This document shows positions 18,517 to 30,200 of a DNA stretch of 41,629 nucleotides, piece by piece; position 1 is the first letter of the stretch, and each line of letters begins with the position of its first letter. The position numbers were made by a program, and so were the translations under genes. Origin of the DNA: Hormoscilla sp. (GTDB taxonomy: Bacteria; Cyanobacteriota; Cyanobacteriia; Cyanobacteriales; Desertifilaceae). The notes below the pieces were generated by a model. The model ran no database searches. It saw only the letters and a program-made list of their open reading frames with translations, and had not been told where the DNA came from. Location: the NCBI GenBank assembly GCA_051439505.1, contig JBFRWI010000161.1, positions 1 to 41,629 of the forward strand. Reading direction: 5' to 3'.

Positions 18517-21500
18517 CTACATGGTTGGCGGCGAGAAGATACCATCCTGAAAGACCGCAGCTGTTACTCGTTCTTGATTAGCTAGAAACTCTTCCATCAA
18601 GTCAAAGTGAGATTGCACGATCGCCAACCGAGTATCCTCTGGCAGCGGCCCAACTGCTGGTGTTGCTACCCCGTTCCTTGGCAATATTTCCCTCTCTGGC
18701 GTGGGGACTGGCATTATTTTACTACCATTGCTGCCATTGTCTGTCGGTACGGCCTCCTGCCCATCGCTGATTTGTTCGGGTACTCTCTTTCCCTCTACTG
18801 TTGACAAGTTTGACTGTAGCTGGGCTTTAATCTCTCGGACAAACTCCGGCTGCAAGCGCATGATCGGCATCTTTAATTCTAACCGATTCCCTTTGGGTTT
18901 TTCTTCCCCTGCCGGGCGATCGCCCAGAGTTAAAAGCTGCAACTCTCGCCCTTTGTAGAAGGTCTCGAAATTCACTGTCGCCCCATTGGCATACAGACAA
19001 CCGATTACATGCTGCAATTGTTCCAGTCCCGATCGCCTTTTGATATTGCTTGCTAAGGCTAATTTATCTCCCTCACGCAATATATCATTGACAAAACCCG
19101 TTAAATTACTGCTCGGACCCACTTCTACAAAGGTTCTAATTCCTCGATCGTATAGGGCCGATATTGCTTCGGTAAACCTTACTTGGCTAAACCATTGCTT
19201 GGCTACTATAATTCTAATTGCTTCTGGATCCTCCGGGAAGTACTGGTTGCTCGTACAACTATATATGCTAGTATGGCCTGGACCTACTTCCATTGTATCA
19301 TAATACTCTTTAAATGCAGCGCTGACTTCTGCAAATAGAGGGGTGTGATAGGCCCGATCGAATGGTAATGGTCGGCAAATGCCCCCCGCCTGTTCTAGCT
19401 GTTTTCCTGCTGCCGCGATCGCCTCTGGTTCCCCAAACACGATTACTTGATTTGGGCAGTTTTCCATTGCCAAATGCAAACCAAATTTAGCAATTACTTC
19501 TTTTACCAAGTCTAGTTCTACCGCCCCTACTGCTAGTTGACTTCCTTTAGGAATCCTATCATCTGCTGTCAATTTTTCATAGATTTGATTGAGGGCAAAA
19601 ATCTTCTCTCCTAAATCCTCTCGGTCTTTTATCTTAATTGTTTCCGAGGCGATTAAGGCTGTATTTTCCCCCGTACTGTGGCCGACCATCACTTCAGCAT
19701 CTATCCCCAATTGCCGTAAAAGTTCGTACAATGCCATATTAGCAGTAAACACTGCTTCCGAACCCCAGTCCATCTGGAATAGCTGTTCGGTGGCCCGATC
19801 GCGCTGTGCTGCTGTCAGACCCGTTGGCGGCGGAAATATTATGCTACTGGGGAGAATCGATCGCCGTTCCCCAAATATTCTATCCAGGAAGTCAAACCAC
19901 GATCGCACCTGGGGGAAGTACAGGCACAGGTCTGCTAGCATATTCTGGTACTGGGAACCTTCCCCGGGAAATAGAAATGCGGTTTTTTCCCGCCTCGCTA
20001 ACTCGCTATTGGCGGCGTAGTAAATGCCATTGCGGGTTTTTAGCTGCCTGCATTCCACCTGGGCGAGTTTCTCCAGGACTTTATCCAGTTTAGCTTGTAA
20101 GTCCGGGATATCTTTAGCGACGATCGCCATCCGTTCCCCACCCGTTATGTCCCTTGACAAAGTATAAGCCAGATCCGCCAGATTTACTTGCCCATTTGCT
20201 TGCAGAAAACCTCGCACTCTTTTCAGTTTATCGATCAGTTCCTCTCGCAATGCCGCCCCAAACACGCATAGTTCTGTCGGCCACTGATTCTGGGCGCTGT
20301 TTCCCGGAACCCCTATTTGCACCACCGGGGGAGATTTTTCCTTGCTACCCCGATATTCTTCTAGCACTACGTGGGCATTAATGCCCCCAAACCCAAAAGC
20401 ATTCACTCCCGCCCGTCTGGGAATTTCCCGACGCCTGTGAATCCAGGGCCGGGTTTGATTGTTAATATAAAAGCAAGACTCTTCCATGTGCAACTCCGGG
20501 TTGACCCGATCGCACAGAGTGGGTGGCAATACTTTATGGTAAAGTGCTAAGGCTGTTTTGATCGTGCTCGCCGCCCCGGCGGCCAAAAGACAGTGACCGA
20601 TCTCCGATTTTACCGATCCTAGAGCACATGTAGGTAGCATTTCCTCTCGCTGACCAAATACTGTATTCAGAGCCTGCATTTCCGTGCGATCGCCTAAAGG
20701 TATCCCCGTACCGTGAGCTTCTATGAGGCTGACTGTTTTTGGGTCTACCCCGCTTTGGGCATAAGCTCTCTCCAATGCTAACACTTCCCCTTCTAAGCGG
20801 GGGGCCAGCAATCCCAAGGCTTTGCCATCACTGGAAATTCCCACTCCTTTGATTACCGCATAAATGCGATCGCCATCTGCTGCGGCATCTGACAGTCGTT
20901 TGAGCACCAATATCCCTAAACCTTCTCCTAGCAGGGTGCCATTACCCTCCGCAGCGAAGGGTCTGATTTCCGAACGTGACAATGCTCCCAGCTGACAGAA
21001 CCCCATAGTCGTTTGTGGCGATATTGTCGCATTTACTCCTCCTGTGAGCATCATATCGCAGCGACCGCTGGTCAGTTCTTTAATCGCTAAATCCATGGCG
21101 ATCAAAGAAGAGCCACATGCCCCATCAATCACATAGTTCGGTCCCTTTAGATCCAAGCGATTCGCAATTCTACCCGTGATAATATTTGGTGCCAATCCCG
21201 CTATTGTCTCTACCGAAATATCGGGCACACTCGTCTTCAGGTTGTTCTCGATTTTTCCTATTATCTGATCGTCTATTCCTGGCACCATTTCCCCAAGCAA
21301 TTCCAGAGTTTGGTCCAAAACCATCCCCTGTTGCATCACTGTCCCCCACCCTCTGTTCAATGGCAGTGACCCACCTAATATTATCCCTGTTTTTTCTCTA
21401 TTAAAATGTCGTACAATGTAGTCAGCATCTGCCAGAGCGTCCCTAGCTAACTTCAGGGCTATAAAGTGAACTGGATCGCTTCCCTCTATGGACTTTGGCA

Positions 21501-21735
21501 TAATCCCGAATTCCGTCGGTTCAAATTCCACCAAATCGCCAATAAATCCGCCTTTGCGGGTATAGATGCGGTTTGGAGCCGTTGATTTCGGGTCGTAATA
21601 TGGTGTAGCCCAAGCATCAGGGGCATCCTGCACCCCATTAACCTTGTTGATAATATTCTGCCAGTATGTTTGCAAGTCTTTCGAGCCAGCAAACATAGCT
21701 GACATACCGACGATCGCGATATCCTGGCTAGTCAT
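18517..21735 (-). CDS. Type I PKS subunit KS-AT (Pfa-like)
   Basis: KS DGACGSSL / EAHGTG / IGHCLLAAG; AT FPGEGSQY, GHSTGE, RAYHT; overlaps the upstream gene stop by ATGA. Confidence 0.92.
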   Translation of the reverse strand: MTSQDIAIVGMSAMFAGSKDLQTYWQNIINKVNGVQDAPDAWATPYYDPKSTAPNRIYTRKGGFIGDLVEFEPTEFGIMPKSIEGSDPVHFIALKLARDALADADYIVRHFNREKTGIILGGSLPLNRGWGTVMQQGMVLDQTLELLGEMVPGIDDQIIGKIENNLKTSVPDISVETIAGLAPNIITGRIANRLDLKGPNYVIDGACGSSLIAMDLAIKELTSGRCDMMLTGGVNATISPQTTMGFCQLGALSRSEIRPFAAEGNGTLLGEGLGILVLKRLSDAAADGDRIYAVIKGVGISSDGKALGLLAPRLEGEVLALERAYAQSGVDPKTVSLIEAHGTGIPLGDRTEMQALNTVFGQREEMLPTCALGSVKSEIGHCLLAAGAASTIKTALALYHKVLPPTLCDRVNPELHMEESCFYINNQTRPWIHRRREIPRRAGVNAFGFGGINAHVVLEEYRGSKEKSPPVVQIGVPGNSAQNQWPTELCVFGAALREELIDKLKRVRGFLQANGQVNLADLAYTLSRDITGGERMAIVAKDIPDLQAKLDKVLEKLAQVECRQLKTRNGIYYAANSELARREKTAFLFPGEGSQYQNMLADLCLYFPQVRSWFDFLDRIFGERRSILPSSIIFPPPTGLTAAQRDRATEQLFQMDWGSEAVFTANMALYELLRQLGIDAEVMVGHSTGENTALIASETIKIKDREDLGEKIFALNQIYEKLTADDRIPKGSQLAVGAVELDLVKEVIAKFGLHLAMENCPNQVIVFGEPEAIAAAGKQLEQAGGICRPLPFDRAYHTPLFAEVSAAFKEYYDTMEVGPGHTSIYSCTSNQYFPEDPEAIRIIVAKQWFSQVRFTEAISALYDRGIRTFVEVGPSSNLTGFVNDILREGDKLALASNIKRRSGLEQLQHVIGCLYANGATVNFETFYKGRELQLLTLGDRPAGEEKPKGNRLELKMPIMRLQPEFVREIKAQLQSNLSTVEGKRVPEQISDGQEAVPTDNGSNGSKIMPVPTPEREILPRNGVATPAVGPLPEDTRLAIVQSHFDLMEEFLANQERVTAAVFQDGIFSPPTM

Positions 21736-24284
21736 AAAGCAATTGCCAAACGATTGAGTTTGGGACTACTGGTGCTTTCAATATCCTGCATATAGAAATG
21801 TACCATGCCGTTTTCATCGTAGAAAATGGCATCGTAGGTGATGCTGTGGTCACTCACCTGACTCACCCTAAACGCCAGTTGCAGGGCCTTGCTTGGCAAC
21901 CGGGAACTCCTGTATCGGGTAACGGCACCCACTCGTGAAGGCAAAGAACTCGTGTCCCGCTGCACCCTGGTCCACACCATTGCCATTTGGGGCCCTGTAT
22001 CCATTAGTCCGGGGTCGAACAACCATTTGCTTGTCATACCCATATCCTGACTCGGCAACCATTCTTGGGGGTCACTTGCTTTTACCACCGCATCTATTCC
22101 CCGTTCGTTCAAGCGATCGATCGCCGTCACCAGATGGAAGCTAGGTCCGTGAAAGAGATAGTCTTGATAGGCTATCTTTGGTTCTATCTGCATTCCCGAA
22201 CTGAGAGAGACTGTTCGCCCATCTCTATACTCCCCTATTTCTGGTTCTAGCACAATTTCTGCCCGATAAAAGGGAATCTTGCCCACGGGGTCGATCATTT
22301 CTGCTGTCACTGTCAAGCAGGAAGCATCAGCATGGGTGGCAGCACGAGCTTTAAAAATAACATTACGACCTGCTTGAGTTTCTAGCACTAACCCCCGCAG
22401 TACCCGCAAGTCCCGCACCCCTGTCACTGTCCAATCTGGCCAACCTGCTTGCACTACCTCAGCTAGCCATTCTAGGGCCACTGTCGCTGGTACAACTGGT
22501 TTGCCATCCAGTCGGTGATCTCCTAGATAGGGGTCCCGATCGAGAGAAAAGGTATGTTCTAGGATAATAGCACCATCGGGCTGAATTTGGGGAGTGCGTT
22601 CCCCCAGGAATGGCAATTGTTGCTTGGCCTTCCCCGTTGCCGTATTGCCATTTTGAATTCTACCATCCCAGGGACCATCCCCGGCAATGATTTCCATTTC
22701 CCCTTTTTTACCATAGAGCATTTCGTCGATAAAAAATTGCCGACCTGCTTCCAGGGGAATGGGAATGACTCCTTGTTCTCGGAATTTCCGTTTTACTTCT
22801 GCCGATGCCATACCCGTAGTGTCCCAGGGTCCCCAGTTGATGGCTACTACCCGCGTTTTTTCCCACTTGCTGTCCAACTGCCAGGCCAGGCGGTTTACTA
22901 CTTCATTGGCGGCGGCGTAGTCTGACTGACCCCTATTTCCAAATGTTCCGGCTATTGAGGTGAAGAACACTAGCAATTTTAATGTTTCTGGCCTTACATG
23001 CTGGGCTAGGATAAAGGCACTGTCTGCTTTGGTGTCGAATACCCGATCGAACGATGCTGGAGTTTTGTCCGGTATCAGCTTGTCTTCGATGATGCCCGCA
23101 CCGTGAATCACTGCATCCAGGCGATCGTACCTTTCATATATATCATTTATCAGTAACCCAAATTCCGATTCATTTCTGACATCCGCTGCTCTATATTCTA
23201 CCCGCGCACCCGCTTTTCGGAAGCTTTCTAGGTTGCGCAGGATCGCCCGATCGCGCCTTATCCCCCATATTTGACGTTCTATTTGCACTGGCGTGCTTGA
23301 CAACCCTTGTTTGCGGGCTTGTTGCAGCAGGACTTTTCGCAAACTCGCCACATCTTTTATTCCCGCTGTTTCTGCATTTTCCTTTCTTGGGTAGGGCGAG
23401 CGGCCCACCACGATCATAGTTATACCATAGGCTGCCAAATCTTTAGCAATTTCGGCAGTAATTCCCCTGGCACCACCGGTTACTAATATCACCCAATCGG
23501 CAGATGGACTCAACTGTATCTCTTTTTCCGTTCGGGGGGCAGGTACTGTATCAAAAACGGTACGCTTTCCTTGGGGATACCCTATTTCTACCCTACCCCA
23601 ATTCTCCTTTACCCCTGTCTGGTGGGCCGTGCCCACCCTACGTTGGAAATCTTCTGGTAACATTTTTCCCTCTGTCTGGTGGGCCGTGCCCACCCTACCT
23701 GGGAAATCTCCTGGTAACATTAATTCTTGACAAATATGCTTGGCTATGGTATTTGCATCCAATTTATTGTCGAAATCTATCGCTTTTGCATCTACACCAG
23801 GTCTCTCAGCCACCAGGGTTTTCAGTAACCCATTACTGCTACCACCCGTAGGTAAACCCGGACCACAATCACCCCGACGTCCAAAATGACCGCCTAACAA
23901 AGAAGCTGCCAGGACTTTTGTCGGACTAGATAACTGCAACAACCCGAACAAACTTTTTACCTGGCCTGAAGTATGCGATCGCCAATCTGATAGCTTTTCT
24001 GGCATCATCATTGGGGATAGGGGTGCCAAATGGACAATTCCATTTACCGGTCCTCTACTGTTAACTATCTCCGCCAATTTTTCGGGCTGTTGCAGTTCTG
24101 CCGATCTGATTATAACTGTTTGCGCCCCCTTTTGATCCAAGGTTGACGCTACTACAGCCGCCACTCCCATGCTATCTTCTGTAATCAGAAACAAACCTGC
24201 GGGCGATATCAATTCTACGTCAGGAAAAGGTTCTTCTCGCCCACAGATTAGGTAACGCCCAATGCCTTTGACTGGGACTGATAC
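21732..24284 (-). CDS. KR-DH portion of a Pfa-like PKS. The ORF track starts at TTG 24212, but the frame is open upstream and likely entered by a -1 frameshift at 24284
   Basis: KR VTGGARGIT, HGAGIIED, GQSDYAAAN, INWGPW; DH DHRLDGKPVVP, LFHGPSF, DPGLMD; in-frame upstream extension VSVPVKGIGRYLICGREEPFPDVE. Confidence 0.88.
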   Translation of the reverse strand, partial: VSVPVKGIGRYLICGREEPFPDVELISPAGLFLITEDSMGVAAVVASTLDQKGAQTVIIRSAELQQPEKLAEIVNSRGPVNGIVHLAPLSPMMMPEKLSDWRSHTSGQVKSLFGLLQLSSPTKVLAASLLGGHFGRRGDCGPGLPTGGSSNGLLKTLVAERPGVDAKAIDFDNKLDANTIAKHICQELMLPGDFPGRVGTAHQTEGKMLPEDFQRRVGTAHQTGVKENWGRVEIGYPQGKRTVFDTVPAPRTEKEIQLSPSADWVILVTGGARGITAEIAKDLAAYGITMIVVGRSPYPRKENAETAGIKDVASLRKVLLQQARKQGLSSTPVQIERQIWGIRRDRAILRNLESFRKAGARVEYRAADVRNESEFGLLINDIYERYDRLDAVIHGAGIIEDKLIPDKTPASFDRVFDTKADSAFILAQHVRPETLKLLVFFTSIAGTFGNRGQSDYAAANEVVNRLAWQLDSKWEKTRVVAINWGPWDTTGMASAEVKRKFREQGVIPIPLEAGRQFFIDEMLYGKKGEMEIIAGDGPWDGRIQNGNTATGKAKQQLPFLGERTPQIQPDGAIILEHTFSLDRDPYLGDHRLDGKPVVPATVALEWLAEVVQAGWPDWTVTGVRDLRVLRGLVLETQAGRNVIFKARAATHADASCLTVTAEMIDPVGKIPFYRAEIVLEPEIGEYRDGRTVSLSSGMQIEPKIAYQDYLFHGPSFHLVTAIDRLNERGIDAVVKASDPQEWLPSQDMGMTSKWLFDPGLMDTGPQMAMVWTRVQRDTSSLPSRVGAVTRYRSSRLPSKALQLAFRVSQVSDHSITYDAIFYDENGMVHFYMQDIESTSSPKLNRLAIAL

Positions 24285-27200
24285 TTTCCCAGGCCATTTT
24301 CCTCCCCCTTGGTAATTTCTGACTGGGAATTTTCGCCCTTTTCTAATAAATGTGCGATTAACCCGTTGAGTGTCTTGACTCGGGTCAATGTTTCCATCTG
24401 TGCTTGAATATTCCCCGCTGATGCTTCAGGCAGATTTTTCCCTAGGGCACCCAATATTTCTACCCGCTTGATCGAATCTATCCCCAGTTCCGCTTCTAAG
24501 TCCAGGTCTAATCCTAGCATCTCTGGCGGATATCCCGTGCGATCGCTTACTATCTTCAGTAGCATTGCCCTCAGACTTTCCTTATCTGGCATTGCTGATT
24601 GGCGATCGCCGATCGGCGGGGATGGACTTTTCCCATTTTCTAACACCCGTGCGATCAATCCATTCAGAGTTTTTACCCGAGTCAGAGTCTCCATTTCTGC
24701 TTGCATACTTTTCGACAAGGCGATGGGCAGATTTTTTCCTAATGCCCCCAATATTTCTACCCGCTTGATCGAATCTATCCCCAATTCCGCTTCTAAGTCT
24801 TGGTCTAACCCTAGCATCTCTTGGGGATATCCCGTGCGATCGCTTACTATCTTCAGCAGCATTTCCGTCAGACTTTCCCTATCTGGCATTGCTGTTGGGT
24901 TTCGTTCGGAGACCCAACCTACTTGCCCTGGGTTTCCTTCCTCTACCCAACCTACTTGATGCTTGGTTCCATTCCCCGTTTCCTGGAGTCCGTTCGGGGG
25001 CGTAACAATTTGCTGTACTGGAGTTTGTCTGACAATTTGCGGTACCCGACTCTGTGCCTCCGGTTCCCCCCTTCTGTAAGGGGGGTTAGGGGGGATCTGA
25101 CTCTGGGGTTCTGCTAACATTGGCGCTGCTGCTGCGTCCAGTCCCCTGTCAGGGGGGTTAGGGGGGATCCCGCCACTTAGAAACTGCTGCATCACCGACT
25201 CCTGTACCTTCAGGAATTGACGCATTGTCTCTTGATAAGCTTGGTACGCAATTACAGCCGCATCTGGGGACACCTGATAGTTGCTACTTGTTGGTTGCTG
25301 GTTCGATCTTGACATTCTCGATTGCGTATTGACTTGCTTATGCTGTTGCGATCGCGACATTATTCTCGATTTTGGCAACGCTTTAGCGCTTTGTGCTGCC
25401 CTTTCGACCTGGGACTGACGTTCCCGTTCTATGGGAAGTTCCGCCCGTTCGTGAGAAGACTTCGTTTCCAGGGTGAGAGGTGGCCTTTTGCCCATGTAAC
25501 CAACATCAACACCGACAGGTCGTGCCGTTCCGCCATTTAACAGCCAGGTTGTGGGGGATAATTTAGGTTTCCCGGTTAATTCCACTAGCTTGGATAAGTC
25601 TAGCTGCTTCACCTGCCGCCCCGCAAACAAGCCTGTCGGATCGATATTAACACGATTGCTCGTCACCAACTTCCCTACAGCTAACAATAAACCCTTCAGT
25701 CCGCCCCCTTGACCGTCCAGGGATACAACTGTATGGTCTTTGTCTGCCAGTATTTGACCCACCAGGGATTTCAGGATACTTTTCGGACCTACTTCTACGA
25801 ACACCCGCGCCCCCGCAGCATACATGGCCTCGATCTGATTGACAAATTGCACGCTGTTGAGGGCGTGGGCTGATAATCTCTTGGAGATGGCTTCTGGTTC
25901 TGAGGAGTAGATACCATCTCCATTTGAGTATACGGGAATTTGCGGAGATTCGAGCTGGCAGTCGGCGATCGCCTCTGACAGGGGCCCTGTCGCCGACTCC
26001 ACCAAGGACGAATGGAAAGCACCCGCAACTGGTAGCATCCGGGCCTGAATGCCTTTACTCGTCAGACTGCTAACTACCTCTTCTACTTGGGTTCTTTCGC
26101 CGGAAATTACTGACTGGAGTGGGGCATTATGGTTAGCAAGCACAACCTGTGGAAAGCTGCTGAGATATTCTAGCAAGTCACGGGCGCTCATTTGCACTGC
26201 TGCCATTGCCCCATCGGCAACTTCGCAAGCGGAGGCCATCACTCTACCTCTGGTTTCCGATAGGCGGAGAAACTCTTTTGCTGGTAACACCCCTGCTGCA
26301 TAGAGAGCGGTATATTCTCCATAGCTATGTCCCCCTACCATATCTGCTTTCAGTCCCAGTTGGGCGATAATCTCCAAAAAGCCCATTGATATGGTCCCAA
26401 TGGCAGGTTGCGCCACATGAGTGTCTGTCAGTTGCTGTTTGTTGCTGAGTTTCTCGGTTTCCGAATAGGCGCTGGCCGGATAGATGAATTGACTGAGTAA
26501 TTTCGGCAATTTACCTGCGGTCTCCCGGTCTGCTAATTCCAACGCTTGGCGCATCTGTGGGAAATACAATGCCACCTCTCGTGCCATCTCTGGATATTGG
26601 GCCCCTTGACCGGGAAATAGAAAGGCTATTTTATCCTGCCTTTCTTGAGTACCGGTAACTTCCTGCAACTGGATGTTTAATGGTAGGGGTTCTCCACTAT
26701 TTCCCTCTAGATGTTTTAAGGCTAACTCTAGACTTGCAGTTAATTCTACTAAATCTTTTACACATATCGTTAGGTTCGTAGTAAGCGCTTTAGCGCTTGC
26801 CTTCCCGCTTGCATAGGTGTAGGCTAAATCTGCCAGGCGCGGTTCTGCACCCGCAAGCAAAGTTTCTAGGAGAAACCGCACTTCCTTAATTAAAGCTTCC
26901 CGGTTTTCCCCCTGCAATATAATCAGTTCCCAAGGCCAGTTCTCGGCACCCAGTACCGGACTCTGCCAATCATTGTATTCTTCGAGTGTTGCATGGAAGT
27001 TGGTGCCCCCAAACCCAAAGGCACTTACTCCTCCACGTCTCGGTCTCGAACCCAACCAGGGATGGGCCTCTTTGAGGAGATAAACTGGACTTTCTGGAGA
27101 AGCGATCGCATCGATAGGCTGTTCTACATTAGTATGGGGTGGTAATACTTTATGGTACAGGGACAGGGCCATTTTCACTAACGCTGCCACTCCTGCCGTA

Positions 27201-30200
27201 CTCTTGGTATGACCGATCGTCGTCTTTACTGACCCGATCGCGCAAGACTTTTGTCCTGCATCTGTATTCCGTAAAGTTTCAGTAATGGTCTCTAGTTCTG
27301 CCCGATCGCCTGCCACCGTTCCGGTGCCGTGGGCCTCATATAATCCTAAAGTATTGGGTGAGAATCCTGCCTTATTATAGGCCCGTTGCAGGGCCCGCCT
27401 TTGACCTGCTGGTCGGGGGGCTGTCATACTCAGTCCCTTGCCATCGCTGGAACCTGCTACTGCTTTGATGACTGCGTAGATGCGATCGCCATCTCGTTGG
27501 GCATCTGCCAGTCGCTTCAGCACCACTATCGCTATGCCTTCACTAATAACAATACCATCTGCGTTTTTATCGAAGCTGCGGGCTACACCTTGGGGAGATA
27601 GGGCCTGAGTTTTGCTAAAACAAAAATAAGACCAAGGAGTTTGCATCCCATCTACTCCCCCAGCAATTACCATATTACTGCGACCACTCTCTAACTCTTG
27701 CACTGCCAAATCTATTGCTGCTAGGGATCCTGCACAAGCTGCATCTACTGTAAAATTTGACCCGCCTAGATCTAATTTATTCGCCACTCTCCCTGCGATC
27801 ACGTTCAGCAGCGTCCCGGGGAATGATTCTTCCGTCCATTCGGGCAATCTTTCCCATACTTGGGATGATGTTTTTTCCACAAACAGAGGCATGGTTGCAC
27901 GAGTGGTGTATTGTTGACCTAGATCTCCCATGCCCCCGCCCGCACCCAAGATTACCGATGTCTTTTCCCGAACGCTGCGCGAAAAATCTAACTCGGTTCC
28001 CCCCTTGTTAAGGGGGGTTAGGGGGGATCCGGTTCCCCCCTTGTTAAGGGGGGTTAGGGGGGATCCCTCAAACAACCCCGCATCTACCAAGGCCCGGCGC
28101 ACTGCTTCTAGGGTTAATAATTGTAATGGTTCGATGGATTTCATCGATTTGGGCGGGATGCCAAAACTAATGGGGTCAAAGGGTACATCATCTATAAAGC
28201 CACCCCATTTACTATATACCTTATCTCTCGCATTCCGGTCTGGGTCATAATATATCCGCCAATCCCACCTATTCGCCGGTATTTCGGTAATTGCATTTAC
28301 CTTTTCGATAATGTTCTGCCAGAATGTTTCGGGATCTTGTGCTTTGGGAAGCAAGGTACTGATGCCGATAATAGCGATATCCGATGGAGGACTAAAGTCC
28401 TCACTACGAACCTTTTGAGGACTGAAGTCCTCACTACGAACTTTCGCTAACAGATCCTTACTTCCTTGGGAAACTTCCTCATGCAACTGCTGCACCGTCA
28501 ATACCCGATCGCGCATAGTTGCCACCTGCCCGATCATGTACATCCCCTCAGCAATTTGTTTTTCGGAGTCCACAGTCACCATCTCACCAGCAGCATCTCT
28601 AGTCAACCCCTTAGAAGCGATCCGCAGGCGTCCCAAGGTCAAGTCTTCTAATACGCGACTTATTTCATCTTTCCCCCGTCCCTCTGCCATCATCTGGCGG
28701 CGGGTCTGGTAAAATTCCCCGGCGAAAGGGGTAACGGCGCAGCGACTGGCATGACCGGGTCCCGTTTCCAAGTTAATAGTACGGGTACAGGTCAATGCTT
28801 GTGCTTGGAAACCCTTGACTATGGCCCCGCTGGATACCGCTTCTTCCGTGAATAAATAAGCACTTCCCATCAGTACCCCAATTTTCATGCCTCGTTCTGC
28901 CAGGGGGGCGGCCATTGCACTTACCATAGCAGCCGATCGGGCGTCATGAATCCCCCCAGCAAACAGCACATTTATCTGTGACTGTTCATCTGATGCTACT
29001 CCCTCTGGTACTGATGCTAACAGGGTAGAGATCGTGCTTTCCCACAGCATGAAGCTGCTGAGGGGACCGACGTGACCGCCGCATTCCCGCCCTTCAAATA
29101 CAAATTTTCTCGCCCCCTGTTCCAGGAACATTTCTAGCAGTTTTGGCACCGGTACGTGGATGTACGTAGCAATTCCCAGAGATTCCAACTGGGCCGCTTG
29201 ATCCGGACGCCCCCCCGCTATTAAAGCAAAGGGCGGTCTAATTTCTGCGATTATTTTTAGCTGTTCCTCACGCAATTCTTGGGGTACAAATCCCAGTATG
29301 CCAACTCCCCAAGGGCGATCGCCCATTTTCTCCTGCGCCTCTGTCAATAGCGATCGCACTTGCGGACCCCCCATGAGGGCCAATGCTAACAATGGTAATC
29401 CCCCAGCTTGGGATACGGCATCTGCAAATTCTGCCTTATCGCTAACCCTGGTCATCGGACCTTGGACGATCGGATATTTCGTGCCGTGAGTAACTGCCAA
29501 GGGGGCATTTTCTCCCAGGGGCTGCAACTTTTGGGCAATTTCAATCTGTTCTCTACTCCCATTGAGTAATGCTTGCACGCATCTGCCTGTAGTTTTGTAG
29601 CGATCGCGATACCCTGCTGCCAACCCGATCGCCTGTCCCACTGGCCATGCCAACATTCCTGGCGAGTCCCAACCCACCAATCTTGATGCCTTTTCCCTCC
29701 AGTCCTGGGGATTTTCTAATCCTAACCTTTCTGCCAACTCCTGGAGATTTTCTATCGCCTCAAACCCCGGACGAGACAACACCCGACAACTGGCATTGAG
29801 TCTTTCTCCAATGGTAATTGCCTCTTGACCGTTCAGGTTAGCCAGATGCTTTTGCCATGACTCTGGCATTGGTGATTCCGGCATCAACCACAATTGGTCG
29901 TCTAATACTATACCAGATGCGCCCGCCCCCCGACAGGCTGCCGCCGTATGGATGCCGATGCCACCTTGCACATATATGGGGAGTGATGTTTTTTCTCTCA
30001 GTTTCTGTAGGAGAATATAAGCTGAGTCTTCACCCACCCAGCCCCCACTTTCGTGACCTTTTGCTATTATACCATCTATTATATCTTCCCTTATTACCGA
30101 TGCCTCAACTGCATCGGTAATTTCTATTAATATTTTTCTCCCTTCCCTTACCAGGGCTTTTATATCTCCTATTTCTCTAACTTCGCTGATAATTAAATAA

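Noticed and set aside
24220..24297. ATG just after the internal SD as the start of the KR-DH gene
   Set aside because: It is in the +1 frame and stops after 25 codons (MAWESISP...), with only 3 nt SD spacing; it cannot produce KR-DH
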